Source: Acidobacteriota bacterium (GTDB lineage: Bacteria > Acidobacteriota > UBA890 > WLXD01). From it: 64,000 bases of DNA. Below, piece by piece: positions 55,632-64,000 of this stretch. A model generated the notes under the pieces. It worked only from the letters and a program-made list of their open reading frames with translations. It had not been told where the DNA came from and searched no databases. The stretch lies in the NCBI GenBank assembly GCA_963666215.2, contig CAXWPL010000001.1, positions 640,001 to 704,000 on the forward strand, read 5' to 3'. Each line of letters begins with the position of its first letter. Positions within the stretch are counted from its first letter, which is position 1. A program made the translations under genes and the position numbers.

Positions 55632-56579
55632 ATGCTGTCGCTCGTTCAGCTCGTGGCCGGAGTGGTTGGCCTCTATTTCGGCGCCGAATGGCTGGTCCGC
55701 GGAGCTTCGCGCATCGCCGTACACGTGCGTGTGTCGCCGCTGATGATCGGGCTCACGGTCGTGGCCTTCGGCACCTCGATGCCCGAGATGGCGGCGGGTG
55801 TGCTGGCCGCATGGCGCGGCAACACCGACATCGTTCTGGGCAACGTGTTCGGCAGCAACGTTGCCAACGTGGGGCTGATTCTCGGCCTGACGGCGCTGTT
55901 CCGCGTCATCCCCGTCTCGATCGGGCTGTTGAAGCGCGAGATGCCCATCATGCTCGCGGTTACGGCCCTGGCCTACGGCCTTGCCTGGTGGGGCAGCATC
56001 GGGCAGCTCGTCGGCGCCGCGATGTTCGCCGCCTTGATCCTGTTCACATGGCTGACCTTGCGTTGGAGCCGTGATGAGCGGAAACAAGTCCAGGCCCAGT
56101 TCGAGCCCGAGCTCGGGCTCGAAGGCAAGATCCGCACTCGTGTCGAGGGTGCCTACGTGCTCGCTGGCCTCGTGGCGATGACGGCGGGGGCGCACTTCAT
56201 GGTCGAGGCTGCCGTCGATCTGGCAACCGCGTGGGGCGTCAGCCAGTTCCTCATCTCCGCCTCGCTCGTTGCCGTGGGCACATCACTGCCCGAGCTTGCC
56301 ACCTCGATTGTTTCGGTACTGCGAGGCGAGACCGACCTGCTCGTGGGCAACATCGTCGGCAGCAACATCTTCAACATTCTGGGTGCCCTGGGCATCAGCG
56401 CCGTCGTCCGCCCATTGCCGGTGCCTGCCGAGTTCCTGGGCATCGACCTGCTGGCCGCACCCCTGTTTGCCATCGCCATGGCGCTGGTGCTGCTCGACCG
56501 CCGCGTCGGCCGTTTTCAGGGGGCGGCGCTGCTGGTTGGCTACGGCGCCTACGTCTATCTGTTGCTGCAGCGGGGCTAG
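55632..56579 (+). CDS. Ca2+/Na+ antiporter (YrbG-like)
   Basis: Two alpha repeats: GTSMPE/GTSLPE and GNVFGSN/GNIVGSN. Confidence 0.92.
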   Translation: MLSLVQLVAGVVGLYFGAEWLVRGASRIAVHVRVSPLMIGLTVVAFGTSMPEMAAGVLAAWRGNTDIVLGNVFGSNVANVGLILGLTALFRVIPVSIGLLKREMPIMLAVTALAYGLAWWGSIGQLVGAAMFAALILFTWLTLRWSRDERKQVQAQFEPELGLEGKIRTRVEGAYVLAGLVAMTAGAHFMVEAAVDLATAWGVSQFLISASLVAVGTSLPELATSIVSVLRGETDLLVGNIVGSNIFNILGALGISAVVRPLPVPAEFLGIDLLAAPLFAIAMALVLLDRRVGRFQGAALLVGYGAYVYLLLQRG

Positions 56580-56785
56580 CGACCGACGGCCAGTGCCATA
56601 TCCGTTGCTCAGCTGTACCGAGCACGGGTTGTTGATAGATTGCGCTGTCCTCCAACGCACTCTGTCCCGGTGACCCCTTGATCGGCAAGAGCCTCCCGGA
56701 ACGTTGGCACAATCGGGCGGTTGGTCTAGCCTGTGTCCCGGCCATCCGGCCGTCACGATCATCGGAGAAATCGGAGACAACATCC

Positions 56786-58390
56786 ATGCGTTTCGCCACG
56801 CTGCTGGCTACCGTTCTCGTTGCCGCGCCGTCGCTTTCCGCTCCCGTCCTGGCCCAGGAGGGCGGACTCGGGAAGGTGGAGTTCCCGAACTCCGGCGCGC
56901 CGGAGTCGCAGGCCGACTTCATTCGCGGGCTGCTGCTGCTGCACAGCTTCGAGTATGACGACGCGCGCGCGGCGTTCAAGGCGGCGAGCGATCGTGATCC
57001 CGACTTCGCCATGGCGTACTGGGGCGAGGCGATGACGCTCAACCATCCGGTGTGGCAGCAGCAAGACACCGAGGAGGCTCTCGAAGTGCTCGCCGGCCTC
57101 GGCGCGACGCCGGCCGAGCGCTACGCCAAGGCCGGCAGCGAGCGTGAAGCGGCCTATCTGCGCGCACTCGATGCTCTTTACATAGGACCCGACGAGAAGA
57201 ACGACCGCGACTTCATCTATATGGAAGCCATGCGTCAGCTCAAAGCTTCCTATCCGGACGACCTCGAGGCGGCCTCCTTCTACGCGCTGTCGATTCTGGG
57301 CAGCTGCCACGAGGGCCGGGACATTCCGCGCTACATGCGCTCGGCGGCGGTCGTTGAGGAGGTCTACGAGCGCAATCCGGACCATCCGGGCGCTCTCCAC
57401 TACCTGATTCACTCCTACGACGATCCGATTCACGCCCCTCTCGGGTTGCGTGCGGCGCGGCTGTACTCGAAGGTTGCGGCGCGCACCGGGCACGCGCTGC
57501 ACATGCCCTCGCACATCTTCGTGGCGATGGGCATGTGGGACGATGTCGAGGCGCTCAACGAAGAGTCGTGGCTCGCCGAGAACGCGCGTCAGGAACGTCG
57601 GGGTCTGGGCGCTGAAGCGAAGGGCTGGCACGCGAGGCTGTGGCAGCACTACGCCTTTCTGCAGCAGGGGCGTTACGACGAGGCGCTGCAGGTGATTCGA
57701 GAGACCGAGCCGGACGCCGAGATGCCTCTGTCGGGTCGTGCACGTGGCTCTTTGGCCCAAATGCGCTCGGCCTACGTCGTCGCGACGCACGATTGGGACG
57801 AGGCGGCCTCGCTCGAAGATGCCTCGGAGCTCGGTGGTGGCAACCTGGCCAACGCGCTGCTGGGGACGTCGATTGCGGCGCTGCACGGCGGTGATCCCGA
57901 GACGGCCGAGAAGGCGCTAGCCAAGCTCCAGGAGGACATCGGCGACAGTGAGGCAGACGAGCGCAACGCCTCTTCGCGCATCGTCGCGCTCGAGATCGAG
58001 TCGTTGCTCGCGGCCAGCCAGGGTGAGATCGAGCGGGCGTACGAGCTGGTCGGCAAAGCCATGCAGATCGAGGACAGCCGCCCGTTCGCCTTCGGCCCGC
58101 CGGTTCCCACGCTGCCGGCCCATGAGCTAATGGGCGACCTGCTCCGAGGCCATGGGAAGCCGGCCGAGGCGATCGCGCATTACCAGAAAGCGCTCGAACG
58201 GACTCCGGGTAGAGCGATCACGCTGCTGGGGCTGGCGCGCGCCGCCGACGCGGCGGGCGAGAGTGGGGCCGCACGGTTGGCATACGCCCAACTACAGGAG
58301 GCCTGGCACAACGCCGACGCCGACCTGGCGGATCTCGCTGAGGTTCGCCGCGGTAACGCGACGGGCGACCCCGATGGAGCCAGCCACTAG
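56786..58390 (+). CDS. Secreted TPR-repeat protein
   Basis: Signal peptide; DPDFAMAYWG, HYLIH, HMPSHIF. Confidence 0.8.
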   Translation: MRFATLLATVLVAAPSLSAPVLAQEGGLGKVEFPNSGAPESQADFIRGLLLLHSFEYDDARAAFKAASDRDPDFAMAYWGEAMTLNHPVWQQQDTEEALEVLAGLGATPAERYAKAGSEREAAYLRALDALYIGPDEKNDRDFIYMEAMRQLKASYPDDLEAASFYALSILGSCHEGRDIPRYMRSAAVVEEVYERNPDHPGALHYLIHSYDDPIHAPLGLRAARLYSKVAARTGHALHMPSHIFVAMGMWDDVEALNEESWLAENARQERRGLGAEAKGWHARLWQHYAFLQQGRYDEALQVIRETEPDAEMPLSGRARGSLAQMRSAYVVATHDWDEAASLEDASELGGGNLANALLGTSIAALHGGDPETAEKALAKLQEDIGDSEADERNASSRIVALEIESLLAASQGEIERAYELVGKAMQIEDSRPFAFGPPVPTLPAHELMGDLLRGHGKPAEAIAHYQKALERTPGRAITLLGLARAADAAGESGAARLAYAQLQEAWHNADADLADLAEVRRGNATGDPDGASH

Positions 58391-58432
58391 CCGCGGGAAT
58401 ACGCCACAACCAGAAAATGAGGGCTACGAGAG

Positions 58433-59395
58433 CTAGCCGCCCAGCTGATCGCGGCGGTGGGGCTCGTCGAAGTGGAGCTCGGAGCCGTGCGGCACGATCT
58501 GGCTCGGATTGATGCTGGTGTGCGTCACGTAGTAGTGGCGCTTGATCTGATCCATATGCACGGTGTTGGCAACGCCGGGCACCTGGTACAGCTCGCGTAG
58601 GTAGCCCCAGAGATTCGGGTAGTCGACGATGCGGCGGCGGTTGCACTTGAAGTGGCCAACGTACACGGAGTCGAAACGTACGAGCGTCGTGAAGAGGCGC
58701 CAGTCGGCTTCGGTGATCCGGTCGCCCACCAGATAACGCTGGCTCGATAGGCGGAGCTCGACCTCGTCGAGGCCGGCGAACAGCGCCTCGAAGGCCTCGT
58801 CGTAGGCCCGCTGCGTGGCCGCGAAGCCGCAGCGATACACACCGTCGTTGATGTGCGGGTAAACGAAGTCGTTGACCTGATCGATCTCGTCACGCAGCTC
58901 GGCCGGGTAGAGGTCGAGCGCTGGGCCAGGCTCCGCGGCCCACTCGTCGAACTCGCCGTTGAGCATGCGGATGATCTCCGACGACTCGTTGTTGACGATT
59001 TCTCCGGCCTGCTTGTCCCAGAGAACCGGCACGGTAACGCGCCCGGCGAACGCCGGGTCGGATGCCTGGTAGGCCTGCGCCAAAAAACGGAAGCCGTTGA
59101 GGCTGTCGAGATCGGTACCTTCGTCGCCGGTGAACGCCCAGCCGCGGTGGTCGCGGATGGGGTCGACCGCACTCATCGAGATCACGCCGTCGAGGCCCTT
59201 GAGATGGCGAACGATAATCGTGCGGTGCGCCCACGGACAGGCGTAGCTGACATAGAGGTGGTACCGACCTGTCGCGGCGAGAAACTCGGCGTCCGGAGCG
59301 GCTCGCACGTGGCGGTGAAATCGGCTCGGTTGCCGTTTCCAGGCGCCGTCGGTGGCGGCCTCTTCAGGGAACTGTGCGAGTGCGAGCGGTTTCAT
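58433..59395 (-). CDS. yqjG: Glutathionyl-hydroquinone reductase (YqjG-like GST)
   Basis: SYACPWAHR, TVPVLWD, NNESSEI, GVYRCGFA. Confidence 0.9.
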   Translation of the reverse strand: MKPLALAQFPEEAATDGAWKRQPSRFHRHVRAAPDAEFLAATGRYHLYVSYACPWAHRTIIVRHLKGLDGVISMSAVDPIRDHRGWAFTGDEGTDLDSLNGFRFLAQAYQASDPAFAGRVTVPVLWDKQAGEIVNNESSEIIRMLNGEFDEWAAEPGPALDLYPAELRDEIDQVNDFVYPHINDGVYRCGFAATQRAYDEAFEALFAGLDEVELRLSSQRYLVGDRITEADWRLFTTLVRFDSVYVGHFKCNRRRIVDYPNLWGYLRELYQVPGVANTVHMDQIKRHYYVTHTSINPSQIVPHGSELHFDEPHRRDQLGG

Positions 59396-59580
59396 GGTGG
59401 GCTTAGGATAGCTGCAGCTTGCGCAGCAGCTCGCTGAGCACGGTGGATGATCCGAAACGACGACGGGCTGATAACCTGCGAAAGTTCCCTCGACCGAGCC
59501 GACCGCTCAGGCGTCTAAATCAGCAATGTTCTGTGTGCCCGGCGTCCCGTGCGCCCGTGCCCCTCATCGTTGGAGTCAAC

Positions 59581-60930
59581 ATGTCCCGTTCGTATCTCTG
59601 CGCGCCGATTGCGCTCGTCTCGATGTTCTTGCTCGTCGCCCCGATGGCTTGTTCTTCCGGGGCGCCGGCTGACGGTGGCGGCGCCGGCGACTCGCAGTTC
59701 ACCTCCGAGACGGTTGATGGCGTTCCAACGGTGACGACCACGGCGGGGTCGAAGTGGGGCGGCCCGGCGATCCTCGAAGAGGAGCTTTCCATCGGCGTCC
59801 TCGAGGGCGACGAAACCGCGATGTTCGGTCAGGTTGACGGCGTGTGGATGACAGACGACGCCATTCTCGTGGTGGATGGGCACGCGCCTGCGCTACGTGT
59901 GTACGATCGCAGCGGCAACTACCTACGCGACATCGGCCAGCCAGGCCCAGGCCCAGGCGAATACGAGCACCCCTCCGGGATCGCGGTTACCGGCGACGGG
60001 CGGATTTACCTGCAATCGGGTCAGGGCGTCAACGTCTATGGCCCCGATGGCGAGTACGAGAGCTCCTGGAAGCCCGAGGGGAACATTCGCTTCGGCGGCA
60101 ACCTGGTTGCCGAGTCTGACGGTGAGGTCTACACGAGCTATGTCGACACCAGCGGCATGGAGCGTGGGGGGATGCGCAACTTCCAGAACCTGAAGCGCGG
60201 CATGGCGGCCATCAATCTCGAGGGTGGCTACGGCGAGCCCATCTATCCGCCCGACTCCGATTACGAATCGCCCACAGTCGAGGTCAATCTGGGCAACTTC
60301 TCCCTCGACCTCCCGGCCGTTGGTGCGCCGCGTCGCGCCTGGGGCATGGGGCCAGACGGTACGATGGCGGTTGGCGTGGGAACCGACTACAAATTCGAGA
60401 TCGTGCGCCCCGGCGGTTCGGTGACCGCGGTTGAGCGTTATTGGGACCCGGTACCTCTGCAGGCGGCGGAGGCCGAAGAGCAGGCCGAGCTGTTGTACTC
60501 GATGGTGCGGCAGCGCGACCCGGAGTGGGAGTACGACGGTCCGGCGTTTCCGACGCACAAGCCCGCTTTTGGCAACCTCACCATCGACCTCAACGGCCGC
60601 GTTTGGGTTGATCGCGCCGGCGTGGGAACGCTCGATCTCGACTGCGAAGAGGACGACAAAGAAGGCGGATCGAACATGGTGTCCGACGGTGGCCGCGTGA
60701 TGATTTCGATCGGCGGCGGTGGTGGCTGCTGGAGCTCACCTTCGATCCGCGACGTGTTCGACAGCGACGGCAGCTACCTCGGCGAGGTTATTCAGCCCAG
60801 GGGCGTGGAATTCTCGGGTGGCCTCTACATCAAGGACGATGTGGTGCTGGCAGCCGTCGAAGACGAGGATGGCACCGTGATGGTCAAGTTGTACCGGCTG
60901 CGCACGGGCGCCGACGCTATCGCCACGTAG
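59581..60930 (+). CDS. 6-bladed beta-propeller lipoprotein
   Basis: Lipobox-like PMAC; IGQPGPGPGEY; DVFDSDGSYLG. Confidence 0.78.
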   Translation: MSRSYLCAPIALVSMFLLVAPMACSSGAPADGGGAGDSQFTSETVDGVPTVTTTAGSKWGGPAILEEELSIGVLEGDETAMFGQVDGVWMTDDAILVVDGHAPALRVYDRSGNYLRDIGQPGPGPGEYEHPSGIAVTGDGRIYLQSGQGVNVYGPDGEYESSWKPEGNIRFGGNLVAESDGEVYTSYVDTSGMERGGMRNFQNLKRGMAAINLEGGYGEPIYPPDSDYESPTVEVNLGNFSLDLPAVGAPRRAWGMGPDGTMAVGVGTDYKFEIVRPGGSVTAVERYWDPVPLQAAEAEEQAELLYSMVRQRDPEWEYDGPAFPTHKPAFGNLTIDLNGRVWVDRAGVGTLDLDCEEDDKEGGSNMVSDGGRVMISIGGGGGCWSSPSIRDVFDSDGSYLGEVIQPRGVEFSGGLYIKDDVVLAAVEDEDGTVMVKLYRLRTGADAIAT

Positions 60931-61044
60931 CGGCACGGGGTCGACCGGCAGCAGGAAGGCAGGATGGCGCCGGCCATGGTCGAGGTGGCCGATGCCGACC
61001 GCCGCCTGCAAGCAGATCGGGTGGGCTTTGAGAACGGGAAAAGG

Positions 61045-62421
61045 CTACGGATGAAGGCTCTCGATGAGCCGGTCGATCTCTCCCGCGATCTCACGGTGGT
61101 CCCAGGCTGAGTTGCGTCGCAGCACGTTGGACGTCATCGCCACGAGGTAAACGCGCTGGGTCTGTCCGGGCGCCGGGAGGGCTGGCGTTTCGACGATGGC
61201 GACGGAGTTCATGATGTTGGCGACGGTGCCCTCGTACTTGCCGCACTTGTAGCCGGGCTCGCTGCGACAGCTGTAGATCGATCCCGACTTGAAGTACACG
61301 GCGGCGTTCTCGAGCCGCGGGGCCGAGGCATAGCGGTAGCGATCACGGGTGAAGTACAGAAGTCTCTTCATCTCCAGGCTCGACCAGGCGTCGACCAGTC
61401 GCCCCTGCTCGAGCGCGATCATCCATGCGAGGAGCCCGCGTGCCGAGCCGTATGAGTGCCCGTCGGGGGTAACCAGCTCGCGCGCTCGACTGGTGAACAT
61501 GCGCGCCACGCGGATGTCCCCGTCGCGCAGTCCGGCTCGCTGTAGCGGCTCGGCGAGCATGCGCAGCGCCAACTCACGGCGATCGGGGAGGGGAACTCTG
61601 GCGAAGAACTGATTCTCCTGTTCGCGGCTCGGTGGATACTGGCGCACGAAGTGCCGCAGCAGCATCGCCTCCTTCCATACGGTCGACGCGGCTGCGTTGG
61701 ATGACGGGCTGACCATGTGGTCGATCCATTCGTACAGCGAGAAGCGGTCGCCTTCGCGGATGCGCCGGTGTTCCAGTCTTCCCGTTGTCGGGTCGGCGAT
61801 GGGCACGTCATGAGAATCGCTGCGCACGAACTGGTCGGCCACGATCTCCACTTCGCGAAGAACGCGGACACGCGTAGCCGGGTCGGGGTAGGCGCGGGCC
61901 AGGGCGTCGAACAGCCCGGTCATGACGATCAGCTTGCCGATGCTGCCAGGGGCCGCGCGACTGTCGGCGCGAACTCCGGCGTAGCGCGGGTGCTGGCGAT
62001 TGGTGATGTCGAGCAGCGCAACCGAGTAGGTTGACGACCGGCGCCGGAAAATCTCCTCTAGCCCCGCCTGTAGCTGCGGGTCGGCCGGGAGATCGTGGGC
62101 CGTGAAACCGTCGAGCGTGAGATGGCCGGCAAGGCGCTCGCTCATGGCGGTCGACGCGGGCCGACTCTGTGGGGTCGGCAAGGTTGCACCGTCGAGCTGC
62201 AATCGAATCGCGGCCGTCGATAGCCGCGCTCCGGGCGATAAATCGGGCCCGGGCAGTTGTCCACGCTGGACCTCTGAGTACGCCCAAAGGCGACGAATCC
62301 CGGTGCGCTCGTAGCCGTCGAGGGGATACGCCGAGGCCGAGTGTGTGCTCAACGCGAGGAGAGCGGCCAGGAGCGGGAGCAGCGGCACCCAGCGTGCCAG
62401 CGGTGGCTTCGATGATCTCAT
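61045..62421 (-). CDS. Secreted serine beta-lactamase/PBP-fold protein
   Basis: Signal peptide ASA|YP; SxxK (SIGK), SxN (SSN), KSG. Confidence 0.75.
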   Translation of the reverse strand: MRSSKPPLARWVPLLPLLAALLALSTHSASAYPLDGYERTGIRRLWAYSEVQRGQLPGPDLSPGARLSTAAIRLQLDGATLPTPQSRPASTAMSERLAGHLTLDGFTAHDLPADPQLQAGLEEIFRRRSSTYSVALLDITNRQHPRYAGVRADSRAAPGSIGKLIVMTGLFDALARAYPDPATRVRVLREVEIVADQFVRSDSHDVPIADPTTGRLEHRRIREGDRFSLYEWIDHMVSPSSNAAASTVWKEAMLLRHFVRQYPPSREQENQFFARVPLPDRRELALRMLAEPLQRAGLRDGDIRVARMFTSRARELVTPDGHSYGSARGLLAWMIALEQGRLVDAWSSLEMKRLLYFTRDRYRYASAPRLENAAVYFKSGSIYSCRSEPGYKCGKYEGTVANIMNSVAIVETPALPAPGQTQRVYLVAMTSNVLRRNSAWDHREIAGEIDRLIESLHP

Positions 62422-62429
62422 CGTCGCGT

Positions 62430-64000
62430 CTATCGGCGCATCTGGGGCGGTTCGTCGAGCGAGATGACGCCCGAGCGGTCGGGATGCTCACCCGACCAGC
62501 TCACGGTGGTCACAGCGCTCGAACCGACCGTGGCCGGGTCGCCCACCAGCGGCCGGATCTGGAACAGGTAGGTCTTGTCGTCAACGAACCCGAACTCGAT
62601 GTCCCACGGCAGCGACGATCCGCTTTCGTCGAAGGCCTTCGGATATCGAGCGTCGATCTCGTCGACAAGACGCCGAAGATCGTCGATTCGCGGCTCGGTG
62701 AGCAGCCGGGCGTTCCCCTGCACCGGAACGCGGTCAATGCCGCCGGCGCCGGAGGTTACGAGGATCTTGCGCCACACAGCGCGCGCCGACGAAACCAACA
62801 CCGACTCGCCGGCGCCAGCCGTGGCGCCAGGCACGAGAATCGTCTCGGCCGGCTCTCCCTCGACCACGCCGCCGACACCTTCCGAGGCCGTGATGGTCCA
62901 CCAGCCGGCGCGCTTCTCCACCAGGTCGGTGGTGGCAAGCACTCCGGAAGCCTCGGCGGGCACACTGCGCAGCAGAAGAATCGACGGGTAGACGTGCTCG
63001 GGCGTTGTCACCAGCTGCTGCCGCCAGGTGTAGGAGCGTTCGCTGAATGGGCTGGCCCACACATCGCGAATGCCGTCGATAATTCCGTCGACGCTGATGC
63101 GGTTCATCACGGTCAGGTTGAGACCCGCGCCGGTGAAGTTCGGCAGGTCCTCGACATTGGTGTCGGAGCGAACGAAAACGCCGTACGTGCCATCTGGTCC
63201 GAAGTGCTCGTGCAACGCTGCCCGCAGTCGGCGCTCGAAGTCGGGCAGCAGCGGCATGGCCCGTATCGTTCTCTGAATCACTCGCAGGCGCTGTAGGAGT
63301 CGGGCATGGGCCTCTTCTTCGCTGTACCCACGCCGCTGTTCTCCCTCGACGGCCAGATAGGTGGCGCGCAGCTCGGTGAAGAGCGAACGGCCGGTGTTCA
63401 GCAGGTCGCGCTCGATGTGGGCACGAAAGACGCCGAACGGAATCACCAGGCCTTGCTCAACGCGGTCGGGGAAGAAGCTGCGCAGCTTGGCGAGATTGGC
63501 CGCCTTGGGGCCGATGATGCGGCCCGAGTCCTCGGGGCCAACCTCGTCGAGAGTGAAGAGCCGCTGCTCGTCGAGGTCGAGCCGGTCGGCGTCGATGGCG
63601 ATTCCGGCGGCCGGTTGCTGCGAGCGCTGACGCAGCAGCTCGGCGTCGACCGTGCGCAGATCGTCGCCGCGTCCTACGACCACCCCGCCATCCTGGCCGA
63701 CGGAGAAGAACACCTCGCGGCCGGCGTAGGCGCGCAGCTGCGGCAAGAGCTGGGCCGAGATGGCGGCGTTCGGGATGCCCAGGCTGCGCGCCAGGAGCTG
63801 GATGTGCGATAGCCGCGAACCTTCATCGAGGGTCAAGATGCCGGCCACACGACCCAGGTCGAGCACGGTCTTCGGCAGCACGTAAATGCCTCGCGGATCG
63901 AGCCGGCCAAGATCACGCTCGTCGTCAACCACGTACAGGCGTCCGCGGGCCACCCCGGTGTTGAGTGCCATCACGCGGCCTGGCGGCGGGGCGTCGAACA
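62430..64000 (-). CDS. PEP synthase/PPDK-related dikinase, His domain followed by ATP-binding domain (5'-partial)
   Basis: GSRLSHIQLLARSLGIP, then GPKAANL, VRSDTNVEDLPNFTGAGL, DIEF..FQIRP; frame open to the window edge. Confidence 0.8.
   Translation of the reverse strand, partial: FDAPPPGRVMALNTGVARGRLYVVDDERDLGRLDPRGIYVLPKTVLDLGRVAGILTLDEGSRLSHIQLLARSLGIPNAAISAQLLPQLRAYAGREVFFSVGQDGGVVVGRGDDLRTVDAELLRQRSQQPAAGIAIDADRLDLDEQRLFTLDEVGPEDSGRIIGPKAANLAKLRSFFPDRVEQGLVIPFGVFRAHIERDLLNTGRSLFTELRATYLAVEGEQRRGYSEEEAHARLLQRLRVIQRTIRAMPLLPDFERRLRAALHEHFGPDGTYGVFVRSDTNVEDLPNFTGAGLNLTVMNRISVDGIIDGIRDVWASPFSERSYTWRQQLVTTPEHVYPSILLLRSVPAEASGVLATTDLVEKRAGWWTITASEGVGGVVEGEPAETILVPGATAGAGESVLVSSARAVWRKILVTSGAGGIDRVPVQGNARLLTEPRIDDLRRLVDEIDARYPKAFDESGSSLPWDIEFGFVDDKTYLFQIRPLVGDPATVGSSAVTTVSWSGEHPDRSGVISLDEPPQMRR

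Noticed and set aside
59941-59958. (CCAGGC)x3 tandem repeat
   Set aside because: Encodes the ordinary GxGPGE propeller motif

Overview
GC-rich bacterial chromosomal segment with about 50 CDSs. ADOP-type orphan permeases with PadR, a VWA protein and several secreted beta-propellers suggest Acidobacteriota (inference). I found no rRNA, tRNA or CRISPR array. Main content: (1) an EhpF/LuxE-like adenylating enzyme and an EhpG/LuxC-like reductase, split by a PadR-ADOP cassette; (2) an operon of SSS symporter, oxoprolinase A/B and a giant secreted M14 peptidase; (3) two direct-orientation IS256-family copies (26046-27454, 53177-54584) with no target duplications and mosaic divergence; (4) a tryptophan to kynurenine to anthraniloyl-CoA catabolic cluster that has kynA and kynU but no kynB and is headed by a creatininase-family hydrolase; (5) a dikinase with its His domain before its ATP domain, coupled to a secreted beta-lactamase-fold protein, at the right edge; (6) several genes with nonsense, frameshift or deletion lesions. 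The best candidates for undescribed systems are the creatininase-type KynB substitute, the dikinase/serine-hydrolase pair and the phenazine-independent EhpF/EhpG-like pair. All calls rest on motif recognition by eye; no database searches were run.
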